From Pavona decussata (lineage: Eukaryota), in contig CDRNST010000369.1 of NCBI GenBank assembly GCA_977016875.1, positions 124,001 to 188,000 on the forward strand: DNA of 64,000 bases, given 5' to 3'. Positions 51,479 through 64,000 of the stretch are shown one piece after another; the first letter of the stretch is position 1, and every line of letters begins with the position of its first letter. A program made the position numbers and the translations under genes. The notes under the pieces were generated by a model that did not search any database, was not told the origin of the DNA, and worked only from the letters and a program-made list of their open reading frames with translations.

Positions 51479-53694
51479 TCAGATGCTTTAACATCTCTAG
51501 CATAAAAACGGCCATTGTTCTGGTAATGAACATTGGAACTGTGTAAGTAAAACAAAGTTTTTCGGTCCCGAAATGTCTTCGGGAGTTTGAGAAATTAAAC
51601 GCGCGTTATTTTCTCAAAGTCCCAAGAATATTTCGGGCCCCCAAAACTTGTTTACGAGCCCAATGTTCACTATCACAAATTTGATTTTAAATTACTTTGA
51701 AAGCCAAGATATTGAAAACTTTACCGAATTAAGGAGCACATTAGGTTAGCTTGCACGATTATGGAACTACCACCAATCGATTGAAAACTGGTACGAGAAA
51801 CACTTGTGGGGCGAGGCCATGAAAATTGTTCGGGAGTTTTGACAAACGCGCCGGACCAAAGGATTTGTAGAATGGGGCGGCAAACCACAACCAAACGCTT
51901 CTTTGGGTCCCGCTTCTAGTCCCCACACCCTCCCCTCCCACGGGAGTGGTCGCCCGGAGAGATTCAAACGTCGCTCAAAATTTCCAGGTTTTGAGGACGT
52001 TCAGTCTGGATTCCACACGTCAAAGCAATTTGCAAATCGGATGGTGTTGAGATAAACCATATCTTGTGACCATTTGAATGAACGTGCTGTCAGAAGCACT
52101 GACAGTTTTTATATCTCATGAAGGTTGTTTTCAAATTTGATTCCAACTGATAGTCCTCCATGTTTAAGCTCCTCGCGCTACGAGTGTCCGGAAACCAAGC
52201 AATTTTGCGAGTCCTTCTACCTGCCTTCGATAGCTAACAATAGAGAACCCGCTCAAACAGGTTGAGGTTAAATTTCGATCCTCGATTTCGAAATCCACGA
52301 GTGGAAACTGCAAACGTTGAAACTGAAGCCCTTTTGAGATGAAAACCTCAATCAAAATAAAAACCGAAAATGAAATGTTATTGGTCATGCCTGTAAATTG
52401 CTTCAGCCCGCTTGAGTTTTGAGCTTGTCCTTTAAATTCTCGTGTATTTTACGCTTTCGCATCTTCCCTTATTCAGTTGAAAGATCGAAATAGCAAATCT
52501 CCCTTAAGATTGCCCAGCATTCCTTTTGAGGATAGTTGTAGGAATTTGGTCGCTGCGCACCGACATCGTTGTTTTTCTCGAGGTTTTACTTAAAGTTCTG
52601 GTGTTGGTGTAAGACGCAGGTGATCATACCTCCATGGAGCCTGCGCCAACGACTGAAATCTGTAAATTTATGATTATAATTATACTATATACTCGTTCTT
52701 AAACCTGGTTGAACATGTGCTGAGTTTGTTGTGAGAAATTAGACAATGATCACTTCAAGGAGTTAAATTATAGTAGCCCAGTGTTGACAGTTGTGGTTGT
52801 GATTAGCATTCGTTCTTTCAGTCACGCGATAAAGTTAAGCTCACAAGCTCTAAACAAATACAATAAGCCACTATTCTCTTTCAAAATAGCAAATAAGAAG
52901 ACATTAACTTGATCGCTTTATGACCATCCTCAAATTCTTTGTTCTACAACTATCCTCTATAAATAGCGTTACTGCAAATTGAAGAAAGGAGCTAAAGCGT
53001 ACTCAGCTCCGTGAAGCGGCTCAGATTAAGGCGAAGGACGGAAGGAATAAGCTGTTTACTTAAAAAGTAGTATCCTTCTATGTTGATTGTCTCTCTCCGT
53101 AAAAGTAGATTTCACTTTCCCTTGGGGGATTCAACCCGCTGAGACTTTCAAAATATATACACGTCCAAATATAGGTTCCTTGAATGACCAAAAATATCAA
53201 TCGTAGAAGGAAGCTTACCTTTACCTCGCAAACTTTTGCCTTTAGAATTTCGTCGCACCAGACAAACTCGGTTGAAGACGTTCCAGTGTTTGTTCGTTGT
53301 GATATCCAAATATCAGTTTTGACCATAATGTCTCCGCCCTCCAGATTGCATTGATTTAATGCTATTTACATAACAAACTTTGTCTATTGTCTCGCGTGAA
53401 AATAAATTGATCGCGTGCACGAGGGGAAACTTGTAAGCTGTAATTAGCACGCTATGCCATTTATAAATAAATAATTCAAACTCTTTTAGCCTCAAAGAGA
53501 ACCCTATAACGGTCACTGACGCATAAGTAAAAATCCGGTTCTTGACCCAAACGAATAGAGCTGTTCCTTTTATATCGCAAGTTTTACAAAACAGCTGCCA
53601 AGAGTACCCAGAAACAAAACTTATTTTTAAACATTTATCATTTTCAAAATAAATATATACAAAAACAAATAACATTACTGAAACGTACAATTAA

Positions 53695-54430
53695 ATGGCT
53701 TTCATTTTAATGGGTCATGCATCTTTTTGGTATTTTTCCACATTCTTGATGATAGTTTTAACTACGGAACCACAGGAACTATACTTTATGATTGAAAGCT
53801 AGATCCATCTTGCACATCATAACAAACAGCGCAAGAAGATTGTACCGCTCGACCGCCTTCATTTGAATGGTCACACATTGGGATTCCATCCAGACTGAAA
53901 TCTTTTAAACCACCTTGTGCAGCATAATAAATAACACGACAATGAATCTATGGTCGCAAGTTTTCATTTCATTTGAATGGCCACACCTTAAGATTTCGTG
54001 CAGTATTTTTGTACGGTAGAATACACAACGCGACAAGAAAATACTTCATTTGAATGGTCAGAATTTAGGATTGTATCCACGGACTCAAAAGGTGAAACAA
54101 CCCGGTCCATAACCATTGACAATGAGCACCACAGGAAAGCACTGCTCAGTAGCTTTAATCTGAATGGTCTCACTTAACGATTTCATCCACAGACTCAAAA
54201 GTTAGAACCACCTTGTGCAGTATAATAAACAGTACCACAGGAAAGTACGGCTTGGTAGCTTTCATTTAAGTGGTCACACTTTAGGACTTCATCAACAGAC
54301 TCAAAAGTTATGACCACCTTGTACAGCATAATAAACAGCACTACAGGAAAGTATTGATGACTAGCTTTCGTCTGAATGGTCACACTTTAGGATTTCCTTT
54401 ACAGATACATAAGTTCCGTGACTCAAAGTT
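53695..54430 (+). repeat. Tandem array of a 106-bp repeat (about 6 units)
   Basis: Core atttgaatggtcacac recurs at 53861, 53971, 54048, 54158, 54264 and 54370; the best units are 106 bp apart. Confidence 0.92.
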
Positions 54431-57205
54431 TGAATGAGTGGCTTTCAAATGAAGAAAATGTTTGCAGTGTAACATTTTCTGATACGCAACCGTTTAGACA
54501 AAAAGAAATAGGCGCGAAGGAGGAAAGGGCATTTTACAAGTACTGACTAAAAAGACTGTTTTATTCCCACAGCGAACAACATGAATAATTAAAACGCTTT
54601 CAGCGTAGCATTTAGGGAAACTGGTATTTAAGTGCTAAGCTGAATTCTTAGCTTTTCCCTTTTAAAAGCGGAAAGGGGTATTTCAGGTGGGAAGCGTCTA
54701 TTTTTGGTAGAGCAAAAAAAAACCTTCGATCTATTTTAGTCGAAATAAAAAAGAAATCTTGGTAACAAATATGCTATTAACGTACAAATACAAGGCCTAG
54801 TTTTAATGATGTTCAAAATACTCGTCGTTCACAAGTGTCGTGATACGAAGTCGAACATGTGGTGTCAGTTGCAGACAGGAATATTGGGCCTTCACGCAAA
54901 AAGCTCGTAAACAATAAAATATCATCACTTTACACGAGGCACGCTTGCACGCGAACCCAGAGTAATTGACATTTTCAATGATTTTAATGGTTTTTATCTG
55001 AGCTGAATGGAAAACATGGATCAGGGAAAGGAAGAGATGTCTCACTGAAATTAGACACGAATAAAATTGCTTCAATTTGTTACTAACTCTTCACGCAGCT
55101 ATGCACAAATTTGGATATGGAGAAATTAGAGTAAAACGAGCGAAAAATAAATAAATATATAATAATAAACCAAGGTGGCTGATGGGTTTATTTCGAGTGT
55201 CGAATAAAATAACATTGAAGCATCACTGCCTTTCTGACGGCGTCTTCGAGCTGTTTATCTCAAACGTTCAGCGCAAGCCTTGTAAACCTCACCACGTAAG
55301 AGGCGTTTTTACGTATTTTTAAGCAGGTATAACAGGGACATTACCGCGAATAAAAATCGATCTTTGTTTTTCAATACTGCGGACGAATTCATTTGGTCTA
55401 GAGCCAAAACTTTATCGCATAACAATTAAAGTTCAGTCCAAATAAATAACAAAATTCTCAAACTGCAGAAATCCCCAAACCGAATTCAGTCCTCGTTTTT
55501 AATTTCAAGGGGCAATTTTTTCTACTTATTAAAAAATGGTCCAAGACCGAGACACTGCTGACTGAGTCGTTGATTATTTAACTTCATTATATCTCTAGGC
55601 TATGGCTTGATATAAAAGAAACGCTCTGGGAAAGGTGCATATAAAATTCGCTTTTTCGGAACAATCCCTCAGCGGACATCTCAGAGACAACGACAAATTG
55701 TTATTCCACCGGTATATCACCTCTTCATCGCAGTAACAGAAACTTTGGTACATACACTTTACGTGCGTGTCAAAATTTTCAGCCTCAAAATGCGGCCGTG
55801 CACGTTTCGAGGCTTCATGCTCTTTGCTGTCGTTGCAAAGATTTTTTCAGATTAAACGGTAAACCATTTATCGCTGACAGTTATAATGCGGTAACGAGGT
55901 CTTAAAACTGAACGCTATCACAAAGCTGGCACAGATCTCCCACATACTGACGAAGTCGTAACTATTTCGATACCGTTTCAATTCCGTTGTGTTTACGCAG
56001 TCCTAATTAGAATTTGACAAGTTCTGTTTTTGTGTCAGGTGGCATTCGCGACAGTGGATTAATTTATAATCTGCTCTAGGTTTATAAGCTATACGAACCT
56101 CGAAACGGCAGTCCAGGTATCGTGGAAATTCATAAACTGCGTGAGATCCGGCGTGACGCTGCTGTTTCTCGAGACTTAAACCACCATCAACAGCTATCAA
56201 AATGCAAAACACCAAGACTTTTAATAAGACTTACACGACCATATAAGCATCACAGTGGGGGGAGGAGAGGGGGATAGGTTGATTAGAGTTACTAAGGAGG
56301 AATGATTCAGTTAGTTTCTTCGCTGAAACAATAGTTTGTCCCATTCCAAATGGTTGATTACCGAAAAGGCACTGAAAAAGGACCTAGTATTGCGGAAATT
56401 GAGGGCATATTTCTAAAAATATCCTTCTGATTCGACATGGCTGTTTCAAAGCGATAAATCTAACATGATTGGAGAATCGTTCATTACAACCTGCAGTATT
56501 CAGTTGACAGTGACGGTAGATTACAATACAATAGAATGACTTTTTTAAGAACTTCTGTTTGGTTATTTCATCCACAATTTACAAGAATTCAAACAGAAAT
56601 GACAAACTTTAGAATAGCTAACGTAATCTTTTTAAAAGCACGTTTCTAAGTTGCTAAGGGAAGATCGGCTTTCCGTGAGCTCCATGGCCTTTTCAGACTC
56701 ATCCTTCCTGGAAACCGTCATCTAAGCAAGAACGCCTCTGGCAAAAGCACTTTCCAAGCGCGACCTCTGCGTAAACTTTTTCATTTTAACCACATTATGA
56801 TTATTTGCTGAAACTGGGCGACAAAAGTGTGACAGAGTGGAGGTGAAGGAATGTTAGGTGTATTTTGGTAAAGGCGCAATTTTTTCAACACGGCACATAA
56901 TCGCAGTGTCGATTTTGATTGTTTAGAAAACGCTCATTTGCTTGTTTAATATCTTCTAGAAAACACGAACAATAACATTCTTCCGAATCTCGCTTCGTTA
57001 CTTGGGTATAGAATAGCTGAATATTCATTCACTGCGTTCGCTTTTGGCAAAATTTCGAGATGTAAACTAAAAGTCAATATAACTGACAATTGTCATTTTC
57101 TAAGAACACAGTCAGCCATTAGAACCAGTGCGAAAATGTGGCTTCAAACAGTGAATTTTTGAAGGACCAATTGTTTTTTTTTTTATCCCGATTTAAAATC
57201 AGTAC

Positions 57206-57353
57206 CACGTGGTCGGAGTTGGAAGCTGATATAACGCGCGCACTGATTGGCTTATTTGAGGAGAGTATTCACGCGTGACGTACCCTGGAGCATAAAGCCC
57301 GGTAAAATTTTAACTCTTTACGAAGGAGTTGCCAGTAACTCTTCTTGTAAACA
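57206..57353 (+). promoter_or_regulatory. Candidate promoter: E-box, CCAAT, CRE half-site, RFX X-box, forkhead site
   Basis: CACGTG 57206, ATTGG 57246, TGACGT about 57276, GTTGCCAGTAAC 57328-57339, TGTAAACA 57346-57353; locally CpG-rich; about 1.9 kb upstream of the CXorf65-like ATG. Confidence 0.4.
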
Positions 57354-59225
57354 AGGGTGAGAAATTCACAGTTTTTAAAGTTTTGATTGATTTTTCACTA
57401 AAATGGAGCTTTCACGAGCTGTACTATTTGGTAAAAGCCTGGTTTACGAGCTACAATTTGTCGCCGTGCCCGACAGTTTCGGAAAGCAATCGCACCTGTA
57501 TTTTGACATTTGATTTTTGATTGACATGACAGTTTCTTTGAGATTAGTGGCCAGACTTGACTGAAACATCTGTCTTGCAACTGTGAACTCGCTTGTTGGC
57601 GACTGCATGGTAGCTGACACATCCGAAGTCAACCTTGACATGAAATTTGAAATTGTTGCGGGAGTGACACAGATATGGCTGTTTTTGTGTGTGTGCATGT
57701 TTTGCGGGAGGAAATTTTTGCAATTTGAAGATACTACTGTTTTCTGCAGTGAACCAATATCTGCGATACAGCGAGTCGAGAATACAATTTTGAACACTAC
57801 CATAGCTATTTGGAACGAAATTCAGAGGACGCATGAAAAATTTCTTTAGTCGAAAGAAATACCTCTGTCATTTTTGTGGTCACTTGTAAAAGCAAGGGGG
57901 AGTGAACAGCTTCGTGTTGTCAACAGCCTTGTTTTAGAGGGAAAGAAACGTTCCAGTAGACGTACCCCTGATACACAATTGACCAACGCGCTTTTATTAT
58001 GAAATGGTGTGTATGAAATATCTTTTGCGAATAAAATTTGCGGGAACAATTTCTCGCGGGAACTATAATTTCAGTAAGTTGTTAAAAGATTTCCAAAACT
58101 CCCACCGAAAACGGTTCTTTCTGATAAATTTGAAAACGCCGGCTTAGTGTTTTAGCGAAAATGGACCTTTTTAGACAACGTAGAGGTCACAACGGTATTA
58201 AATGTGCGCAAGATTCACTGTCTATCTAGCGTTTCCGAGCACAATATGAAGAAGAGTTTTAGTGCAGACGGCAAAAATGATACGAAAAGGATATTTTAGT
58301 GTTGGAGGCCTTCAATTCGCAAAAATCTCACGCCCCACTTCCGATCTCCCGGCCCGGAGGGGATGTTAGGAGCGAAAGTGCTATCAGGATATACAACCTT
58401 TTAATTTAGGTTTTGTATCTCTTACAGGCCGGGATTAGGCTTATGCGCTTAGCTTGTTTGGAGGGGATAAACATATATATGCCCTAGGGTTGTCATTCAG
58501 AATCAAAGAGATTATTTCTAACTTAGAAATTACTTTTTAAAGTCTCTAAACGTAATTAAAATATTCTAAGCTAAAACAAAGAACGCGTACGAAAGTTCAA
58601 AATTCCTGTTCCACATCACAGCAGGAAACCAGTTTTTAGCTACATGTATACAGTACAGAAGAGCGCACTTGATAATTGTACACAGTCTACGCATTATTCC
58701 TGCGGTTTAAATTGATTGCTAAAACATGGAATGATGATAATCAGCTGTCACATTAGTCGGATGAATTTTAGCCACACCATACAAAAAAAAAACTCACCGC
58801 GACAACGAGGCGATTTTAAAACCAATTGTCTGCGCATCAGGAACTCGAGCGAAGCGCTCTTCAAGACGCCACAAGAGAATGCTCTTTTGGCATCGCTTCG
58901 ATTTCTTAGATCTAAGCATCTAGAATATTTTATCGTGACTGAGGTTTTGAAGAAATTTACTGGTGTTTAATTCGACAGCTGTTGTTGAGAGCCTTGCAAA
59001 AATCGCCTCGAGCGGCACGAGTCGACATCGAACGGAAGGAGCCGCCGTGCATATTGCAACGTCTGAAAGATACCTTAACTTGAAAGCCTTCGAGGCCGCA
59101 ACTGCGATAAAAGATCAGCAATCTGGAAAGTTGACATCAAGATCGAGTTTTGGAAGAGAAGGGGTATCCCTGCGTTCATTGCCTCTTGAGACAATTGCCT
59201 ATGACAGACTTCAGTGAATATTAGC

Positions 59226-59367
59226 ATGTTCATAACGATTTATTACGGGGATCAGAAGTCACTGTTATTCAATCCAAGTTGCTCGGTGGTGAATCTGCTG
59301 AGTTCCATCAAGGAGAGGTGCGGTTATGGCGACACGGACCGAGTGTTGGATTTGACAGACGAGACAG
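59226..59367 (+). CDS. CXorf65/C22orf15-like coding exon 1
   Basis: ATG at 59226, 47 codons + 1 nt, donor CAG|GTATGT; too short for the ORF track. Confidence 0.87.
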
Positions 59368-62300
59368 GTATGTGATGGCTTATAAACAGCGGTAAATGGA
59401 GCGACAAACGCCTGAAAGCTTTCGCTCTTGAAAGCGCTAGACGTAAGCAAATCGGACCGGTCAAAGATTCCACTCCAATCAGGAAGTACTGGAGTTGCGT
59501 TTCATGAAAGCTAGAGTCTTAGGCTAAAGTACAGCGAAATTTGACAAATTTTCAAGATTACCGTTTTGAAAACATAGACAAAATTTGCAAAAACGAACAG
59601 TACCACAGGAAAGTATAGTTGAACACCTTTCATCACGGTGTGATTTATAGTCTAGGATCAGTTTGAACCAAAGAAACACTATACCCGACTTGACTTTACA
59701 AGGGAAAAGTTAACGACAGCCTGAAATCAACTCAAAACATAACTAAAATTATCTTGAGCTATTCTTAGTCTGTTTTATTCTTTATGCTAAATTTATTAAA
59801 CATCACGAATTAATTTACATAGGCCACCTGATTGACTTTTTTCGTCAATTCAGGTCTTGCTCACTGTATAAGTATTAAAGTATAACGTGGACAGGTAACC
59901 CCAATATCATATACAAACACATTGGAACCGACCTTTCTGAAAAACTGAATTTGGCCTGTTTCAAAGTGTGATCTACTGCCTTGCCAAGTTCGCTCAACTA
60001 TAACACCACTTCTCATAAACGTCAAACTAATCACCACACTAACCTACGGATGGGCGGCGAAGCACTTCCCAAAAATGAATTAAAATGTAGTTATAATTTA
60101 TGAATTAAGTTCTGTAGGGAAGCAGCGCGCTATTATCATCGCGTGCGGACAATACCGCTAGCTACATGCACTGGCTGTTTGAAACCAACTGGTGCTACTG
60201 TCCGCTGAAACATTTCAACGCTTGCTACAGTACTTGCAATGTGCATGCCAAGTCGAGATAAATGCGATACCTCGAGTTCGACAACGCGCGAAGTAACAGG
60301 CCAAAGTAATGACAAATTCGTGTTTACAACGGAGCACCATATCAGTTAAATTTTCGCGAATATGCTACCAATATGCGATAAAAGAACCAACATTATCGCC
60401 TGAATTTTGGAGAGAGATAGAGGAAAAGTTGAATTAATAAGTAGTCTAGACGTCTGTATAAATTTTTAATCAAACATGTTATTCAATTTCAGCTTTTGGC
60501 ATGCATGGCCTCAAGGCTCAATTATAATTGTCGGAGTACACGAACAGTGCGCAAAATTTAAATAACAAGGTCTTCAGCTTGAAAACATGTCACAGACACA
60601 AAACCGCTAACCACATAATGTTTATCAGTTGGGCAAAATCAAATGAAAGATGACAATGTAAACCAACCACGATTCCAAAAACACAACAGCTCCAGGGATG
60701 TACTGTTTGAAAGAACAGTTAAAGATAAACTTCTGCTCCATGACTCATAATTTTCATGTGAATGGTCAGAATTGGGATTTTATTCAGACAGGTATCGCAG
60801 CACAATAAATCACCACAGGTAAACTGTGCAACCAAACATCTTGAAATAAAGACATTTTTTCGGCTGAGATCACCATTAAACAAAACTCGTGTTGCTATGG
60901 AAATTGAGAAAACCTCAATCAGAACGTATTCACCACCATTGGCAAACGTTGAACCGTGTGTAAATTTTCTTGTGACCATTCAAATGAAAGCTACTGAGCA
61001 GTACTTTCCTGTGGTGCTGTTTATTATGCTGTACAAGGCGTTTTTCAACTTTTGAGTTTGTGGATGAAATCCTAAAGTGCGACTATTCAAATGCTCAAAT
61101 GCTCTTCTATGACCCTGTCTGTTTTACAGTGAACCACAAGGAAACTGTGGATTTATTTTCTCGAATGATGATTTTAGACACTATTGTTTAAGAAATTTAA
61201 ATGCCTCTTAATTTGGAAGACGGACGCAGTTTGAAGGCTGACAAAACAACGTCAGTACACACCGCCCTCTTAATTAATGAGTTAGCGGTACTAATCCTCT
61301 AAGCCGATTGTAATAAAGGTAGTATTGGAGCTGCCTAACCACAGCAAAACTATGGCAGCTTACAGCCGTATAAAATCGTATTACGCACAGCTTATGAGCA
61401 ATTAGGAACGAGAAGAAAATTATTTCGGCCAATTCAGAACCACCAACTCCACTTAAGTGTCCCTTTTTTCCCGCAGATAGACAAGATGTTCATTTTTGTT
61501 AGCCTAATTAAGTTTTCAAACATGTTTGACACTAGAAGCAACTAGAACTGAATGCAATTTACACAAGTAAGCTTTCGCTAGTAAGCAATATATTATCTGC
61601 TACAGCGAAGACTAATACGCGGTAAACAAAGACATAAAAGGCAGGATTAAGCATCAAAAGACAAAAATATCCTGGATTAAGTGAACTAATGGCCAATTCA
61701 GTTCTTGACTAAGCTCCGTAACGACAAACAAACAAAACCCTTCTCGCTACGCAATGATCAATTTGGCATCATAACCACGTGATTAATCATGCTTTTTCCC
61801 GCCACTTTTCCCGTTTAAACCCGATGCATTTGTACTGGAGACATATGGCACCGCGTTGTTCGCTTTTACGGCTGACGTGAAGCCGCGTTTTGGCGTGCGT
61901 TTATCGTCCGAGGTATCGCCTTATTCTGCATTATTTTAAATTTATTTCTTTCATCTAAACAGTACTATTTGCAAAATTGTCATTAGATTCAGAGAGCACA
62001 TAAAACTTCTTCTTCTTCTTCTTCTGCACTTTAGCAGAGCTTGTAACGCTGGCGTTACATAACAGCTGCCGCCATATTGAATTTATAAACATAAGCAATG
62101 CTGCTTATTAACAACAACAAGAAGCTCCATATTTGCCCTTTCGCTTTAAATTTTTTCTATAATTTGTAGAATGACTTGCTTCACCAAATTGTCATATTTA
62201 AACATGACACAAACAGAAATCTCAGTGTCAAAAAAACCTTCAGGTAAATCACGGCTTACATGCCTCAGTCTAAGCAGGCTGCTTCTTATTTTATAGTCTA

Positions 62301-63653
62301 TGTAAAATAACTGTTAAGGACGGTGCATACTATTGTTACTGCGCATACGTTTTGCGCATCTGGAGATACTCGGGTTTCCTATGGGTGGTGCCTACTTATG
62401 CAGGGATATTTTTGCGCGGTTTAAAACTAAGCGGAGAAAGTAGAACACAGCAAGTGCTCTTGGTACCCAAAATGAAACTTGGGGGTAACCGTGCAATTTT
62501 CAGAGATAATAAAGCTTCAATTTGGGAAAAAAAACGCCATATATTGCTTTGTATCTTACGGCTTTTTAGAACTCTAAAAAATGCGTGGTTACCCCCATTT
62601 TTCTTTTTGGATTTCAATAGCCCTTGCTAAGATCTGCTTTTCCCGCATAGACAAAAACCGCGCAAAAATACTTCTGAATTAGTAGGCACCGTCCTTAATT
62701 AAGCTGCAAACTTTTAGATAAATATGAAGCATATCTTGGGCTTTCACGTGATTCTAGGATTCTAGCCTGCGTAACTGGCGGAATGATGGGCGAAGGCGAA
62801 ATCAGTTTGAACAGCGGAGTCGCAAGGACCGCGAGGGGTATGGAGAAGAGTCAAAACTTTATATTCGCGCATGAACATTACCGCCAGCTAAACAGGTTAG
62901 AAAGATTCAGGATCACCATTTCAGGGTTCCACATTGATAAATCACTTAACAGTTTGAACAAAATTACAAGTCCCAAGATTAGGTTCTAACAGAGAAAGTT
63001 CAGACCGAGGCTACACTTTCTTTCTTTCTTTTGCCTTCAAAGGCCACGCGTTCCGTCATCAACAAGGGGCAAAAAATGCAAGTGTAACCACCCTCCGTCA
63101 AGGGCCAAAGTTTGTGGCGAAAAGTTCAGTTTGTTTGAAGTTTTCGCATCTTTTTTTCTCCGATGTTTTTTCTTTTTCGCTGCACATCGCCTGAACGAGG
63201 GTGGTTCCACTTGCAATTTTTCACTGCGCCCTGGCAACGCGAGAATTTAAAAAAAAAAAAAAACAGTGTTCTGCACGGGCAAGAAATTGTTCGCGTAGCC
63301 GCGACTTAAGAAAGCTCTTTCTACCACCAGGTCTGGTCTTGGAGCTCCCAAACCACAAAAACGAGTACGCGACCAAGTATCTTTCCTCCAAAGGTTTCTA
63401 CGTTCTGGTGGAAAAACGTACCGTCATCTCACCATCGAATGACCCTAATGGAAAGGCACCTTCTCAGGAAGTCCAATATGTTCCCCTGCTACAAAGTCCC
63501 AGCGACAAATTTAAAGGGTACAGAGCCAGGGTGGCAGAAAGAGGACCTAGTCAGGAGCAGTCAGCGAACAGAAGCACGGCCAGTAGAGGAGGAAAGAAGG
63601 GTGCAAGATTAAAACAAAGAAAAAGCTTTGCGGAACCAACTTCACCTGTTTAA
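59226..63653 (+). CDS. CXorf65/C22orf15-like protein, 154 aa, join(59226-59367,63331-63653)
   Basis: Exon 1 MFITIYYGDQKSLLFNPSCSVVNLLSSIKERCGYGDTDRVLDLTDET-G|gtatgt joins in phase 1 to ctaccaccag|GT LVLELPNHKNEYATKYLSSKGFYVLVEK...YVPLLQSP plus a basic tail. This matches the recalled CXorf65 pattern MFI...GD...N.NC.VV.LL..I...DL...TG...PNH.EYASKYL...VPLL..P. In-frame stop upstream at 59202. Confidence 0.85.
60971..61090 (-). repeat. Well-preserved reverse 106-bp unit inside the CXorf65-like intron
   Basis: gtgaccattcaaatgaaagctactgagcagtactttcctgtggtgctgtttattatgctgtacaagg...ttttgagtttgtggatgaaatcctaaagtg. Confidence 0.9.
62318..62694. mobile_element. 377-bp non-autonomous DNA transposon, TTAA TSD, GG termini (Kolobok-like)
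   Basis: ttaa|GGACGGTGCATACTA ... TAGTAGGCACCGTCC|ttaa, TIRs 14/15. Confidence 0.88.
62763..62899. mobile_element. 137-bp MITE
   Basis: TAGCCTGCGTAACTGGCGG ... CCGCCAGCTAAACAGGTTA, TIRs 15/19. Confidence 0.7.
63331..63653 (+). CDS. CXorf65/C22orf15-like coding exon 2 (terminal)
   Basis: Pyrimidine-rich acceptor ctctttctaccaccag; 3' part of ORF 63201-63653. Confidence 0.85.
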
Positions 63654-64000
63654 TGCAACTTTTCAACTCTTAGATTACAAAGTACAGTTTTGAAAAAAAC
63701 GTCTTGGATTCCTAATAGAAGGAACTTAAAAACACTTCACCGGAAACTTAGTATAGCTTTATGAGTGATTACACTTTCGGACTCCATCTACAGACCCAAG
63801 AACCAAATGGATCGCAAAGGTTTCCTTGCATTATGTCACACATTTTCACAACACTATCACGACCATTGTTCTCTTTATCTTTTATACTCGTTCCAACGGT
63901 AGTTTGCAATTTTCCCAGCTTGCCAACAACACATACATAACGAACCAATGGGAAGACTAGAATATTTCTTATGTCAAAAGAACCCCATCCACTTGTGTTA

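Noticed and set aside
53988-54383. ORFs such as MTIQTKASHQYFPVVLFIMLYKVV (also the end of 60762-61055)
   Set aside because: Translations of the 106-bp repeat.

Overview
AT-rich eukaryotic genomic DNA, most likely from a stony coral (an inference from the repeat families, not proven). Two protein-coding genes can be built by hand, and the ORF track shows only fragments of either. (1) A complete 10-exon Meis/homothorax TALE-homeobox gene on the minus strand (ATG 20063, stop 12094, 1587 nt, 528 aa); all introns are GT-AG and phase-consistent. (2) A two-exon CXorf65/C22orf15-like gene on the plus strand (59226-59367 + 63331-63653, 154 aa). Between them lies about 39 kb with no recognisable gene. 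Its Meis-proximal part looks free of transposons, while 36-55 kb is full of MITEs, SINE remnants and a 106-bp repeat. The most interesting signal is regulatory: two perfect PBX-MEIS decamers (TGATTGACAG) lie within 900 bp upstream of the Meis ATG, and dense TGACA clusters occur in intron 7, downstream of the gene and 37 kb upstream, suggesting a TALE autoregulatory circuit. The unsplit last exon also joins motifs that vertebrates distribute over alternative isoforms. Most listed short ORFs are spurious. Comparisons with vertebrate proteins and repeat families are from memory, not database searches.
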